A stretch of DNA of 64,000 nt from Octopus sinensis (lineage: Eukaryota): contig NC_043003.1 of NCBI RefSeq assembly GCF_006345805.1, positions 41,974,001 through 42,038,000 of the forward strand, given 5' to 3'. A program made the position numbers and the translations under genes. The notes under the pieces were generated by a model. That model had not been told where the DNA came from. It was given only the letters and a program-made list of their open reading frames with translations, and ran no database searches. The number at the start of each line of letters is the position of its first letter. Position 1 is the first letter of the stretch. Of this stretch, positions 40,495-56,090 are shown in pieces.

Positions 40495-41035
40495 TTGATA
40501 ACTACCAATACATCAAGGCTCTGCTCGTGGCAGCTGGTTTCGGACCCGTTTTCAGAGGCTGGATCACCCCGATGTACAGCGACACCTGTTCGGTGTTCAA
40601 AATAAATTGCCTCTTATCGGAATCGCTTAGTATCGCATTTTCGCTCGGTCAAAGATAGCCGCTCCCCTCCCCATGTAGTGTGCTGGCTCTTGAGCCATTG
40701 TTAATCAAGGTGGATGTTGCAAGGAGCAACCCGCGTAAACTACAATGGGGAAGATTTGTGTCACCTTATGTGGACGACATCACTACAATAGTGTTGGACA
40801 TCTCGCAAAGCAAGGTGACCGGTACTGTCACCTTGGGAGTAAGGAGCGATAAAATGAGCAAAGTTTAATCAGGAGAAGACTGTGGGCTTGCAGCTCGGAA
40901 CCTGAATAGGTTACTTGACAACATCGTAGCGTGCTAGACAGAAGGACCAGTTAATTTCGTCTGGTCCGAACGTCCAGGTTGGCAAGAACTGGGGCGAGGT
41001 GATGAGAAGGGTGGCTAGTTTCACCCAGAAACTTC
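40495..41035 (+). mobile_element. Tx1/L1-clade LINE RT fragment
   Basis: YIKALLVAAGFGPVFRGWI..MYSD, LALEPLL, YVDDIT, KNWGEV. Confidence 0.85.
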
Positions 41036-41572
41036 TTTCAAATACATCCATGTAATATCATTCTCGCTAATTTTGTGTCTTAATCCACGACGGAGCACAA
41101 CTACAGAATGTACGTCATATTTTTGGGTGTTATTGTAACTAACAAGATCGCTTTGATAACTCACAACATGCCAACTTTCGTTACCACAATGCTCACAGCC
41201 CGCATTATATTGCGCTGAAAATTTGACAAAACAAGACTATTCAGCAAAATATCAGAAAACAGTAGGCATTAACTAAACACTGTAGCACGGTTTGTCCGAC
41301 GCTCTCTTGATTCTCACTATCAATCAGTTTTTAGGAACGCAACGGAATTCTTATAAAATGTGTGCTGTGACATATGAAGAAGCAAACCAACATATGCAGA
41401 ATTTGCATATTGAAGAATTCCACGACTCAATCTACTGCAATAGCTTGCAGATGTCATTAATCAATAAGAACATTCGCTGTTGAGAATTGAACAACTGCGA
41501 AGAAGGAAGAAGTGTGCAGCTGAATGATATTAAAAGACAAACTGTAAGTTCAGTATGTATGCACATGATGTA

Positions 41573-41631
<59 letters not shown>

Positions 41632-41707
41632 AATATATATATATATATATAAAGATATATATATATATATACATACATATATATACACACACACGCATAT
41701 ATATATA

Positions 41708-41740
<33 letters not shown>

Positions 41741-42012
41741 AAACGATATATATATATATATATTTTAATATATATATATATGTATGTGTGTATATATGTA
41801 AGTATTTATGTATACTTGTATAGGTTCATGCATGTATACATAAAGCTGAATATGCATATACATATAAGCGCGCACGCACACACACAAACATACACGCAAT
41901 ATATATGTATGTATACAATATAATTTACATATCTATCTATCTATCTATCTATACACGAAATATTTATCAATCTATCTTCCTAACATATCCTCTCTCTTTC
42001 TTTCTCTCTCTT

Positions 42013-42051
<39 letters not shown>

Positions 42052-42936
42052 GTATATATAAATATATATGCATATATATGTGTATAGATATAGATATATT
42101 CGTATGTGTGAGTATTTATATATATACATATATACATGCATACATACATACATACATACATACATACATACATACATACATACATACATACATACATACA
42201 TGTGTGTGTGTGTGTGTGTATCAACGTTAGTTCACAAATAAAAATGTCAGTAGGTTTTATGCACCATCTATAAAACTTAGAGTAGTACAGAGAGAAGGAA
42301 ATCCTCTAAACATCGCCAAGCAAGAATTCCAGAACTCCAAATGTAAAACTGCAGATCAATCTATCATTAATCAAATTTCGAATCTGTGAATTACCTGATG
42401 AATTGAATAGAAGATACATTGAAGGTGTGTATAACGTATAAAGATGAAAGCACATGAAAGAGAAGTCTGCTAGAAACCAGGATTACATGTTTGAATTGCT
42501 GGCTCAATAAATAAAAGCAACAGAAGTTTATATAAGCCAAACTGTGATATGGAGAAACATTGTAATAATAGACTTTGCGAATTCATAGGAATATAGTTTG
42601 TCAAATTCTATATCGAGATATCTACTAAGTCTGAATTATGTTTCATACGTGATCAGAAAATTAACAGTGCACCATAGTTCATAAGTATAAATATATATCA
42701 AAGTGAGCTAAGAAGAAATTATGGAAAAGTCGGTAAAAATATATGATCTGAATGTATTGCTGGTTGCTTAAAGAGTGTGCTATATAACGACATCGTTCTA
42801 AGTTCGATTATGCTGCGCCCTTGACTTTTGCTACATCAGAGGTCTAGGAAACCCTTGTGAAGTGAAATTTAATTGCCGGGTCCCGAGTAGGAACCTATCA
42901 AACGGATATATATATATATATGTGTGTATATAAATA

Positions 42937-43100
42937 TAGGTGGTGATGCTGAAAAGTTTCTGGCTTTGGGTAAAAGAAAATACAGCAGGATCAGTTATGA
43001 TATTGTTCAACATTTTCCCCTCTCAGATTGACACATTTATTGCAACGGTCGTTCAGTTTTTCTAAGCCCTGTCATGGAACTTGGAAGGTTTGGCCTCCAT
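42937..43100 (+). mobile_element. Mariner-like element terminal fragment
   Basis: taggtggtgatgctgaaaagtttctggcttt resembles mariner TIRs (from memory); adjacent to TA. Confidence 0.5.
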
Positions 43101-43984
43101 GCCACCGATTATACTACAAGAAGATTGGATAATGAAAATATAAGAGATAACTTAATCTACAAAACTCTCTTGTAGGAAAAACTTTGTGATCATTCTCCAC
43201 AATTTCCGTGTACATAAATATTTAATGCTCATTAATTATTAATGCTCATTAATTAATTATGTTGTCTTTTTTAACATTTCATTTGTTCATTATTTAACGT
43301 ATGGTTTCCATAAATGTGGTAAGAAAAACTATCAAGAGAACAGAACAACAGAAAGGATCCTCAGCAAAGAATCCCCACACAGGCAGATGTTTGGGTTCTT
43401 ATCTTCTTACACTTTGCGATATTATTAAGATGTAGCGTCAGTGATATCGTTCTTCTTATTGGTGTTGAGCTCCATTTATCGAGCACACATGTGATCAAAG
43501 GCATTCCAGCTATGGTAATTCAAACTTTTTCTCAGTCAATTTTGTCCTACGTTATTCAATATATCTTGCTAGAATGGGATTTAATCAATTTTGCCTGCTA
43601 TTAATAATGTTAACTGAGACAACAGCTGCTGGTTAGTTATTATTACTATCTTGCTGGTTATAATGTTTAAACCATAAGTTAGCACGCAGGTGAAAGGATT
43701 TGCAGACATGACATTCCATTTGTTTAGTAAACAATATTATATATTTTTCAGTGGATTCTTGTTTTTTAAAAGTCCTCTACAAGCTTGAACAAATTCCGTT
43801 CCTGTGAGCTTCTTCAAATTTCGTTATTGACTCTAGTCGTAGTCGTTTGATTAAATTATATGCGCATCTATATACATATATGTATGTGTATGAATATATA
43901 TAAGCAATATATATATACAGCTTGTTCTATTTTTAACATCCTGCTTTGAAGAACTTTTTTATTTTTCTCCACCACGTTTCCTTT

Positions 43985-44760
43985 GGTCGGGTACGTTTTC
44001 TTTTACCTTGTAGAACCCATTGCAAAGCTTATAGAGACAATCTCACCCCACCCATTTCCATCTCCTTCCATCAATAGTTTCTCATTGGTTTCACGTTATC
44101 TTTGGTTATCCTTGGTGTTGTTGGCTATTCGAGATGTTATTCGGCCAGTAGACATTCAAAGTTTTCGCAAATATTTGTTTAAAAACACCTCCAGTTTCTT
44201 TTCAATACATTTGGTTGTTTTCCGACATTGGGATCCATAGAGGAAGGTGCTAAGTATGTTGGTTTTATAAATTCGTATTTTCGTACTCTTGCTGAGTATT
44301 GATGATTTCCATATTAAGTTTAACATACCGAATGATTGGTCGTCTTTGCTAATTCTTGTATTTATTTCATGAATGCAGTCCCCAGCCAATGTCATTTTGG
44401 TGCGTAGATAGTTAAATACGTAAACATTTGCGATTTCTTTGTCATTCAAAGTAACACAGTTAGCATATGTTATATTTTTACAAAGCGTGTACGTTTTCTT
44501 CTCGTTGAGTTTGAGACCTATGGTGTTGGTCATTTGACTAAGTCTTTCAGATTTGTCTTGTAACACTTGAGGAGTGTGTGAGAAGAAACAATCATCGCCT
44601 TCATAATCTAAATCGTCTAGCTGAATTGAGTTCCATTCTATACCTAGTTTATATTTTTCTGTCGTTCTTTGCATCAACCAATTCACTACTAGTATACATA
44701 AGAAAGATTTGCGTGATAAACGTAATCCTTATTGTGTTTTTGAATCCAGTTTTGATTTCG
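43985..44760 (-). mobile_element. RTE-clade LINE RT fragment
   Basis: ORF 44156-44686: LDDLDYEGDD, GLKLNEKKT, FNYL, EINTRI, TKIRIYKTNILSTFLYGSQC. Confidence 0.92.
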
Positions 44761-44895
44761 AACGGATCTGTCAGTTTATTGTGTATAACTTGATATTCGA
44801 AATTTCCATACAATAAACGAATCATCTTGACAAGTGTGAGAAATCATAGTGTCTGAGAATCTTCCAATGTGTGTGTAGGTGAAGGCTATCGAAAG

Positions 44896-44936
<41 letters not shown>

Positions 44937-45786
44937 GAGGGCATTATTACACATAAATGCCACACGCTAGGAGGGACTTTCAAAGTCATTACTACCAAAA
45001 ATAAACGAATCGTACCGAAATACAGCTCTCGAATCAAGACATTTAGAAACAGAATTTAGTTCCAGATCACCTGTGATTTCGCAATTAACGTATTATCTAC
45101 GTCTTTTGTTCATCAGTGAAACATATTCAGAACACATCAAAAATAAACAAAACCAACATACCTACGAAATGCAGTTTGTTCCGATATGTATATATATATA
45201 TATATATATTTGTGTGTGTGTGTATATATACACTCGTGTACAATTATATATGTTCATGAAATAATTTTGTGAAAGCGACGGAGAAATATTAATGCATCTC
45301 ATAATATCATACGATATTTTGTTCCGTTAACTATCTTTTACGTAACATCGAAAACCCATGAGTTCTTGTAACACGTTTTGTGTTTATTAATGCTCAATGT
45401 GTTTATTAATACTCTATTGTTGAAGTAACAGAAATGAGTATTATCATTCCCTTTATCATTATCATTATTATTATTATTATGTTGTTGTCAGTCTCTGAGG
45501 ATCGACATACTTGAAATAAGAGATATTTTGAACAAACTACTAAAAGCACCATAGAAAAATATGTTAAGATCTTTTAAGACAAGATATCTACTTTTATCGT
45601 AGATCCTATTTGAAATACGATGGTAGATTACGTCATCTAATCCCTCAGTGATTTTAGAGTGTATAGATTTAGAAAAAATTACTATTGATGAGTCCTTTGT
45701 TGTTAGTTACTGTTTATGTTCAAATTATAATTATTAGATTTGTTGTTTTATATGTTTATGTATATCGTGAATAAAACTGAAAATAT

Positions 45787-45827
<41 letters not shown>

Positions 45828-46605
45828 GTAAATATATGGCACAACGAAGTACCGATATTTACTGGAAATAGCGAACGTAATAATACGACGCTAATATATA
45901 TAATGCATTGAAGTTATAGGCAGCTGCGTTTATATAAATTTGGCAGCAGAAGAGGGATAAATAAATGTATTTTGACAGAACCCACAGTGTTCCCACAAGG
46001 ATTAAGTTAGTGAGAAAAAAAAAGTAGGTTCAAAGAAAAGACTATGAAATACCATTGCTTCTAGAGACCCCGGGTATAATGTAATGCCCTGCAGCGTAAT
46101 GTAAAATGCATATCAGCATCATGTTGTTAACAGAGAAAAAATCACATTCGGGGAATCCATGGTAAAGGAAGTTAACAGGAAGTGTATTGACATGCATAGA
46201 ACATTTGCATTGCTGAGGAAGTTTCTGAATGGTTGAGAAAGTATTAGGCAAGTGGTGTTTGAGGAAATCAATTTCTAGTATAGAGTATACTGAGAAATAC
46301 TAGAATAGAAAGTGCAGTGGAAATGAATATAAAACATGTAGAGATAAGGAGAAGGGCAAATCTATAAGAACAAGTCAGCAGATACACGCACATAAAATAC
46401 TTACGTGGACGTGTGCGTGTAATGATAGACAGGTCAAACACACACACATGTACACACACATACATGAGAATATTTGTATACATATATACACACATATATA
46501 TATATACATATTGTATATAAATATATATATATATGTATGAATATATACATATACATACGTATATATATATATATGTATACATACATACATATATATATAT
46601 ATATA

Positions 46606-46637
<32 letters not shown>

Positions 46638-46657
46638 ATATATATATACATACATAT

Positions 46658-46762
46658 ATGGCTTTGTGGTAAAAAGCTTCCTTCCCAACCATATGGAGTT
46701 CAGTCCAACTGCGTGGCATCTTGGGCCCGTCACTTTTACTATAGCCACGGGCCGACTAAATC
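46658..46762 (+). mobile_element. SINE family A head fragment
   Basis: tggctttgtggtaaaaagcttcc...ttcagtccaactgcgtggcatcttggg. Confidence 0.85.
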
Positions 46763-47113
46763 ATTCGTGTTACAATTGTTTATCGCTGCATGCGCAATGT
46801 TATTTGACATTTTAGGAGAAAAGAGCATATGTACTCGATTGGGTGAGAAAAGAAGACACTGCTTCAGAAGTATGCCTGATTCACGGTCTACTTTCCACAC
46901 CAAAGACGACAGGAGTAGACTCGGTCACGGGCAGCACTGGGACTTACTGCTATATATATATATATATATACGCATACATAAGTACTTAATATATATACAA
47001 ATATATATATACATAGGTATGTATATATGTATAAATATATATGTATATACCAGCTGAAAGACCACTCTCCGGGCGGTTTTCTGCTAGTTAAACGTGGAGT
47101 GTGTGTATGTGAG

Positions 47114-47149
<36 letters not shown>

Positions 47150-47483
47150 ACATTGCAAACAATGAATGAAATAAACACGAAATAAAGAAATCGTATAAAT
47201 AAAAGCTTGTATAGAATATTTTAATTTGTGAAATTGAAATATTCAGTAATCAGAGGAAGTCCAGAAAAATGAATTTCCTGAAATCTTCAATTTATAAAAG
47301 TTCTAAATCTCTTAGTAAATATTTCTTCCAGTAATATATTTTCTGCAGAATTATTTCCGGTATTTCGCCGCACCAAAACGAAGACTTTTCAAATATAACC
47401 CTAAAAGTAATTGGTAGAACCATATACATGTTTAATCTCATGTGGACGTTTCGTGTATAGTTCTGCAAATTATATTTTGTTGT

Positions 47484-47520
<37 letters not shown>

Positions 47521-48426
47521 GCATGTGTGCATATATATGTAAGTATAGTTAAACTTCTGATCATTTACAAAGGAGTCAATTTATAAGATTACATAACCAG
47601 AAAAATCAAACTATAAATTAAGTGAAATACATTTATAAAATATCACAAATATGTGTGTATCTCCTATATTCATGGTCCAATACATGCACAGCCAGAAAGA
47701 TACCCATACAATAAAAGACAAATAGAAATACAATTATACATGCGTTATACACATCCATATACCTATTTACACGCTCATATATAGATGATATGCATACATA
47801 ACTACATTCAGATATAACTGTATACACATGCATATGCGAATATGCACATGCAATCCTACATATGTACATATACAAGCATAACTATGCATGAACATATACA
47901 CTTGCAGCATAAAAGCGTATATGTATGCACGAATAGCAAAATACGCATCCAGATGTCGACAAACATACTTCCATATACTTAGATGTGCAGAAGCGGAGAG
48001 GTCTACACGCGCACAAATGAACATACATGCAGATGTTCACAGACACATGCATAGTATGAGAGGGAAAAGTACACATGCAACTGTATTTACAGATCCATGG
48101 AGATAACAGACATATAACTGTATATACCCCACATTTAGGTTCACATAATACATACTCAAATCAACAGACACAGAAATCCATAGACATATATTGAAATCCC
48201 TTCAGAGGATATAACTATATATGCTCCTTCTATGAATCCAACCATTTCTTTTCCTCTCCCCGGTCCCCCTTCTCTCTCTCTCTTCTCTTTTTCCGTCTGT
48301 GTGTCTGTCTTATACACACATATGAAAACACGTGCACATATATATATATATATATATATATACAACACAAGCCTACCCACCTACTACATACACACGCACA
48401 AAACAAACATGCGCACACACACACAA

Positions 48427-48477
<51 letters not shown>

Positions 48478-48485
48478 TATATATG

Positions 48486-48516
<31 letters not shown>

Positions 48517-48667
48517 GTACATATATACATATATATGCACGTGTGAGTGTCCGTGTATTTGTATGTGTATATATAGTTATTTGTGTCTTTGTATAGATGC
48601 GTGTGTGTGCGCATGTGCGTGTGTGTACGCAGTTCGTGCATATACATACAGCTTGTGCATGTTGTGT

Positions 48668-48712
<45 letters not shown>

Positions 48713-49361
48713 CCAATATATGTATGCACTTATAGTTATATATATATAATCACACTGCCAGATCTGTAAGTTACATACGAAGTCTCTATGCCCGTAGCAG
48801 AGAGGTGTTGGCAGGTGTTAAGACGGATGTGATGTAATGAAAGGCCAAGAGGAGGATGACTGCTAAGTATCTATAAAACATGCAACAACAAAAACCAAAA
48901 AAAAAAAAGCCGGAAGGGTGGAGATAGCGGTTTGATGGAAGTAATATGATATCATTGCTGAGGTTAAGATTGTGTCTTAGAATTCATACTAGAGGTTATA
49001 TCAATAAAATTACATGTCCTACAGAACATATGAGTCACTTGAATATGGAGATGTGATTTTTGTTCCGTTGTTTTTGCATCCACGCCTCAGATTTGGTTCT
49101 GTTTTTTGTTTTTTATTATTTGTTTCTTTTATATTTATTCATTTATTAGTTTAAATATTTAGTCATGAATGCTTTCCTGTTTCGTTATTCTTCGTTCTTT
49201 GTACAATATGGTTGTGAACGGTCATGTGTGCGTATGCATATGTTTGTGTGTGTGTGTGAGTATAATGAATGCAGGCATGTGTATGTATATATGTATGTAA
49301 ATATACATATAAATATACGTATATATGTATGTATATATACATATATATATATGTATATATC

Positions 49362-49392
<31 letters not shown>

Positions 49393-49502
49393 GTATGTAT
49401 ATATATATATATATGTATGTATATATACATATATGTATATGTATATATGTATGTATATATATACATTATATATATGTATATATGTATGTATATATATACA
49501 TA

Positions 49503-49541
<39 letters not shown>

Positions 49542-50626
49542 TTACATACATATACACATGCACGTATATATGTATGCATGTGTATAAGAGCATATATATA
49601 TATATATTTAAGTAAATACATATATTTGTGTATATACATTATATCCATATATTTATATATATGCATACGCACATGTATTCACACATACATATACACATAC
49701 ATACATGCGTACACATACATGCATGCAGATATGCATGCATGTACATGTATTTTCATTCATGTAGCTTTACATGCATAAATACATACACATATTAGAAGTT
49801 CATTGTGCATACGTATTACTTAATAGAACTAATTTTAGATCCATGGAAGTATGGATTAAGCTGAGTATAAACACATAAAAAAATATTTTTTTGATTGAGA
49901 ATAGATTAGTACACACATAAATTGTAGCGGGAATTGATAGATGTGAATAGCATAGAGATTCTTCCAAGTAGAAACCGAATTACGTACCTCCGATTTGGAA
50001 TATTGAAACATATACGTATATATAGTAAGATATACAGACAGTAGCAACGTTAAGATGGCAATATAGAGGCATGATATCTACTCTGACAAGAAAGGTTTCA
50101 TTTTCTGTTTTAAAGAGTGATAATATCTAAGAAGGGATATTGTAATATGCAAGTAAGTTAAGGGTCAGTGAATACAAAGGATCACGTACAATTGATGTGA
50201 AGAAAGATGTGATTAGGATCAGCTCTATATGAGACATATCGTAAAGGAAATTGAATAAGTCGGTATGCAGAGACCTACGCATAGGTTTAATGCAGAGAGA
50301 GAGAGTCAAGAGAGTTGGGAAAAGGACTAAGCATCCAATTGTATGGACAATGTAAGCGACAGAGACAACTGCACAGGTATGATGTATATTGAGTGGGATT
50401 AGATGACACATGGTAAGAAATGAAATACGATTTGAGTGTAGGTGTGAACATATATACGAAAGCAATACAAAAACACACACATAAAAAATGTATAGAAGTT
50501 CTCTTTGTGAGCATGTACTTCGATGTAAGTATGTATTTATATATAACACACACACACATATATATCTATGTTTGTATATATATGAATATATATATTTGTA
50601 TATATGTATATATATTTGTATATATG

Positions 50627-50657
<31 letters not shown>

Positions 50658-50685
50658 GTATATATATATATGTATATGATATATA

Positions 50686-50742
<57 letters not shown>

Positions 50743-50819
50743 GTTAGCGACATGGGTATATGTTATATGTGTGTGTGTATGTATGCATGTGTGTACGTAT
50801 GCATGAATATATGTGCATG

Positions 50820-50860
<41 letters not shown>

Positions 50861-51304
50861 CTATTGGTGATCTCACAGCAATCACTTGACTGAGAAATGC
50901 TTACTGCTGTCAGAAAATAACACAAAACTGGATATGACAGCCTATGTATGTTTTAAATCGTTAATATGACATTTCCGCGATGTAATTTAGAAAGTGCATC
51001 ATCTCTCTTAACTCTTCCTATTCTACTGTTGGCTATTTTTCCCACAAGCTTTCACAGTGATCCACTTCCTTTCAGACTTACTCAAAGTACGTCACACACT
51101 TCTCCGCTACGCCCAGCATAACCAGCATCAAACGTCCATATCTCCTAAACTACATTATAAGGTTTCAGATCTTCCTTTATCTTCCATTCTCCGCTAACAT
51201 TTTTGGACTTACTTCCTATCACAAGCTCCCGCTTTATTCACTTCTTGATCTCATTAGCCGTCCAATAATTGACAGTCCTGCCAAAGAAACTATATCTGAA
51301 ATAT

Positions 51305-51450
51305 CGCTTCAATTTTGGCACGTGGCAGGAATTTTTTTAGGGAAGCGAGTACTTCGATTACATCGAACCCAGTGTTCAATTGATACTTATGTTATAGAAC
51401 CTGAAAGCATGACAGGCAAACTCATCCTCGGCAGATTTTGAACGGACAAA
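51305..51450 (-). mobile_element. SINE family B-related fragment
   Basis: cgattacatcgaacccagtg...gatactta...ctcggcagattttgaac. Confidence 0.7.
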
Positions 51451-51456
51451 GGGTAT

Positions 51457-51838
51457 GTTCTTTCTTTTTAGTGCTTCCAAATCCAAAATAAGAAATGTTG
51501 AGCTGACGAAAGAAATGCTGAGTTTATTTGGCTAATCTAGAAACGTTAACGTTCTCAAATAATCTTTGTACTTGTGATATTTTTCTGTTTTTACCTCCAT
51601 ACCTTCGTGAGTTATTTTGAGTAAACATTATCTGAGAGAAACTTTCTTTAAGTGGTGGAAATGGCTAAAAAACTTTTTTGGCTGCTATTTCTAGAAAGTT
51701 CAGTATGTGGCAAAGTAATTTATTTTACTAAGCCCTAATTATATAATGTAATATTTTGAATTCGCCTTAAATGGTCCTTTTACATACTGAATACTTGGTG
51801 AAATTGATTAATAACTAATTGATTTTACCCTCAATTGT

Positions 51839-51844
<6 letters not shown>
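51457..51844 (+). repeat. Unclassified dispersed repeat X, longest copy (about 390 bp)
   Basis: Contains both the 22256-22543 and 21941-22077 segments collinearly. Confidence 0.9.
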
Positions 51845-51882
<38 letters not shown>

Positions 51883-52120
51883 ATGTATGTATATATATAT
51901 ATATGTATATACATACATACATCTGTGTGCATATCTAAATATATGCATCTACATGAATATATAGCATAGTATATATATATATACATAGATATACACGCAC
52001 TCACACTATAAGAAATATATACACATTAACAAATATCGTTATAAGCGTATTCAAATGTTCATGTGTACTTGTAGATGTGCGCACACAGAGGCATAGACAG
52101 ATAGATAGATAGATAGATAG

Positions 52121-52192
<72 letters not shown>

Positions 52193-52280
52193 CAGGTATA
52201 GACAGCGAAAGATAGAAAGAAATGTCACAGGGGAAAATTAGTGTAAAAATTGATCTGAAGGAGTAAATGGAAAAGCAAGT

Positions 52281-52345
<65 letters not shown>

Positions 52346-53380
52346 GTGTACTTATGCCAAAAGGTGTACTTACACCTCCAGTGTAAAACGTGCATATTTG
52401 AACGACAATTCCCAGCTACGTAATTACGGAAAGTAAAAGTCTGAGAAACTAATGCTTTATGTCGGTCGTTTATATCCTAATTCAAATAGGGATCCTTTTG
52501 AAATCGAAACCTCGTAATAAAAGTCACTCAGGTTGCCCAAATGGATCATTTGGGTATCAGATGGCAACGGGTTGATGTTGGCGGCAAATGAACAAAGGTG
52601 AAATGAAGATATTTGGGATTATTGTCACAGGTGTTAGGGGCTATTGGTGTCAGAAATTCGTGTCGTAATAGCTAGTAATATGTGGGTGTAGGTGTGTATA
52701 TACGAATGTACGTACGTTTACGTCCGTGTATGTATGTGTATATATGTTTACATAGGTGTATATATGTAATTTTAAAGACCCTACACTTGTACACACAACA
52801 CACATGCTCACGTACACATTAAAAAATATGTATATATATATGTATACATATATATATGTATACATATATATATGAGTGTGTGTGTGTGTGCGTGTATGTA
52901 CATATATAATATATATATATATATCATAAATATCAGATATATGTGTTTATATCTATATGTATATATAAATGTATGTATGTATATATGTATGTATATATAT
53001 GTTATATATATTTGTGTGTGTGTATATATATATATGTGTATATATATATATACATGTGTGTGTGTGTATATATATGTATATATATGCATATATATGTATG
53101 TATGTTTGTATATATATGTATATATATATGTGTGTTTGTGTACATATATATATATATTATATATTATATATATATATATTGTGTGGTGTGTGTGTGTGTG
53201 TGTGCATGTATACGACAAACAGCAATGTATCGTGGTGATGCGGTATCTATTAACGTGTTATTTTACTTTCTTAAAGGGTGTTTCATTCCTAAACATATCA
53301 CTTTACCGAAACAACAAACTTTGAGTAAGAGAGAAGAGGGTACCTCATAAAAGAAAACTGTACCGGAACTTTACACATCA

Positions 53381-53412
<32 letters not shown>

Positions 53413-54934
53413 TAACTACTACTACTAAGGCTGGTGTTATTGCTGCTATTAATACTCCTTGTAGTATCCGCGCAATAAAATGCTTTTGATAGCTTTTGAC
53501 TGGATGATATAAAACGTATCTTTTGAGCCGCATTAAAAGACGCAATAGAGAAATACGAACTGTCAAATGTTATACATTGCATCCCTCTCTCATTCCCTCA
53601 GATGTATCGATGTACGTCTTTATAGGTCTGCGTATCTGAGTACGGGCTTTTTTCTCTCTCGCTCTGTGTGTTTGTATGTGTGTATGTGTATATATATACA
53701 CACACACACATATGTGTAGTTATATGTATGTTTGTATGCATAAGAAATTTTTGCTGTGACCATGGACTTAGATTTGAGGTAATCTCTCAATACTACAGCT
53801 ATTATAGTCAACTAAAATCTTACAAAAACTATTAACTTCACATTTCGTTATATCTTGGGATGTCTGTACTTCCGTTCTGGAGTGACATGGTTCCAGTTCA
53901 GCTGTGTGTGCATGTTTGTGTATTCATAGATATATATAAGTATAGATATATCTAACATATATAAACACATACAAATATATACGTGTGTGTTTGTGTGTGT
54001 ATGTGTGTTTGTGTGTGTGTGTTTATAGAATCAAAGATCAGAAAATCAGAAATCCTGAAAGAACCCAGGAAATGTTCAAGAAAACTGTAAAATGAGTAAT
54101 TTTGTTTTTAATATTTATTCTGGAAAAAAACTTACCAGCTCCAATTCATTAGCTCTTCAAATTAATGATGAGGTGTGTTTTTGCGTGCGTGTGTGAGTGT
54201 TTTTGTGTGAGTGTGTTTGAATGTGTGTGTGTGTGTGTGTGCTTGTGCGTGCGTATGCCTTTACGTGTGTAGGCATGTATATGTGCGTTCTTTGTTTTCG
54301 GTGGTGCGGAGATATTTGCGCTTTCGTTTATAAGCAAAAGACCAAATTTCACAAATCGTTTATTCTATCGCGCGAGAGCATCGCTCTTTAGATGGAAAAT
54401 TTGGGGCTATTCCCTAGAGCTTCCCCTGTAATGTAAGTGATTTGCATGCGTCAGTTTTTGAGAGCAACATTGCTGTCCTGGCTTACACTTATCACACTCA
54501 ATACTTTAGCACTAGTTAAATGTCAGCACCTATCATAGTTACATCTTAGTACATGCTTTACTTATCGTATATGTTATGCAGTTCGTACTCTAAGTTACGA
54601 TAAAATTTCTCCGTAAGTTCTTTTTTTCTGATACACATACGAGTGAGAGTGTAATCTTGCACATATATTCTTGACAATAGCAGAAGATATTAAATTAAAT
54701 TCTTGAAAAACTTTCAGCCGTGTGCTACTCTTGTTTCTAACGCGTCTGGGGTTCAAACAAACCTTGAATACGAAAATTAGCAACGAAATTACAAGCTTTT
54801 GACGTTCTGTGTTCAAAGGGAAAAATAAAATTTCCGGATCTTATACACTGGGCAATGGGGATTAAAGTTTTCGATCAACTGAATTACCGGACTCTGAATT
54901 ATCTGAGTATTCCATACATGAATCCAGCTAAAAA

Positions 54935-55206
54935 AAAAAAAAATCACAGGAAAAACAAGTCACGGTAATAATGTCACAGGAAAAAGTCACAGGTATTTTG
55001 TCCGGGGGACGTTTGTCAGATGGACTTTTGTCTTAGGTGGGGTTTGTTTGGATCCCATAAACTAATTGTGACTTTTATTCTTGTGACTTTATTACCGACC
55101 AGCATAAATTAATTGTGAATTTTCTTTTCCTGAAACTTATTTTATTTAGCCAAGATTGTGACTTTATTGCGGTGACTATCTTCCTGTGACTTTATAACCG
55201 GTCACC
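54935..55206. mobile_element. Foldback-like non-autonomous element with modular inverted termini
   Basis: Left end (aaaagtcacagg)n, right end (cctgtgactttt)n-type subrepeats. Confidence 0.7.
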
Positions 55207-55599
55207 CTATACACATACGTGTCAAGACTGTGTTGTTCCTTTACTCGAAAGTACACAACCGTATCAAACTTTATTCAATCTCTACAGTTTAGCGGATATC
55301 TGCCTAGCTGTTGATGGTATAGTAGAAACGATCATTTCCAATATGACTCGAAACAATTTACGCTTAAAAGATGAAAATTGTGGTTTCATGAAACATAACT
55401 GAAAGAAAGAATTTTATATGCATTCGCCTGTAATTTACATTTCTAAAATCAATACCACCACAGATACAAAAATGCAAATGAGTACGCAAATGAGACCTTG
55501 CATTCAGACATTCTGGAGTTGGTGAAGTGAAAGTAGTTTCGGCTCCAGCAAGAGAGTTTTTAATTAAAATAATGAAAAGGTTTTTGAAATTTTCTATAA

Positions 55600-56090
55600 A
55601 TTAATCGAAGAGAATTTGGCGGAAGATATTGGTTGTCCACAGAAAACTGTCTAAGAGTTTGTCGTGGTTTTAAAAAAAGATTACATATGAGATAATTGTG
55701 TTAGAAATAGAAAATTTGAAACAATATGGCTTGAAAATAGAAAAATACACAGAAAAGTATGCACTGAAACAAAAGCCAATGTTTGTGACAGAAATGCAAC
55801 AAATCACTCGAATGAAGTGGGACATACATGCAGACAATCCATATAAGAACCAGTACCTCCGCTTCAACGGATATAAAGCAAGACTCTTTTTTGTTAAAGA
55901 GAAGGAAAAAAATGTGTTCGAGCGATTGTTAGAAAGTCATAGTTCAATGACGAATCATGAAACGGCACTGGCCAAATAGATGACGTTGGAAAGTTTTCAT
56001 GTGACATTCTAACTGCCCGAAGAAAACGATTTTCCGCTCAAATCGGATATTGAACCGGCAGGTCACATAAGAGACGGTGGGAAAATTCTA
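55600..56090 (+). mobile_element. Tc1-like transposase relic
   Basis: LAEDIGCPQKTV (HTH), KP...TRMKW, FNDES and AQS-DLN..GHIRD (SPDLNPIE-like), with frameshifts. Confidence 0.5.

Noticed and set aside
45494-45522. CTGAGGA...GAAA hammerhead-like motif
   Set aside because: No credible stem II or stem III can form.
51213-51277. Minus-strand exon candidate with GTAAGT donor
   Set aside because: All three frames contain stops.
52535-52560. cccaaatg-gat-catttggg inverted repeat
   Set aside because: An 8-bp stem is expected by chance in 64 kb.
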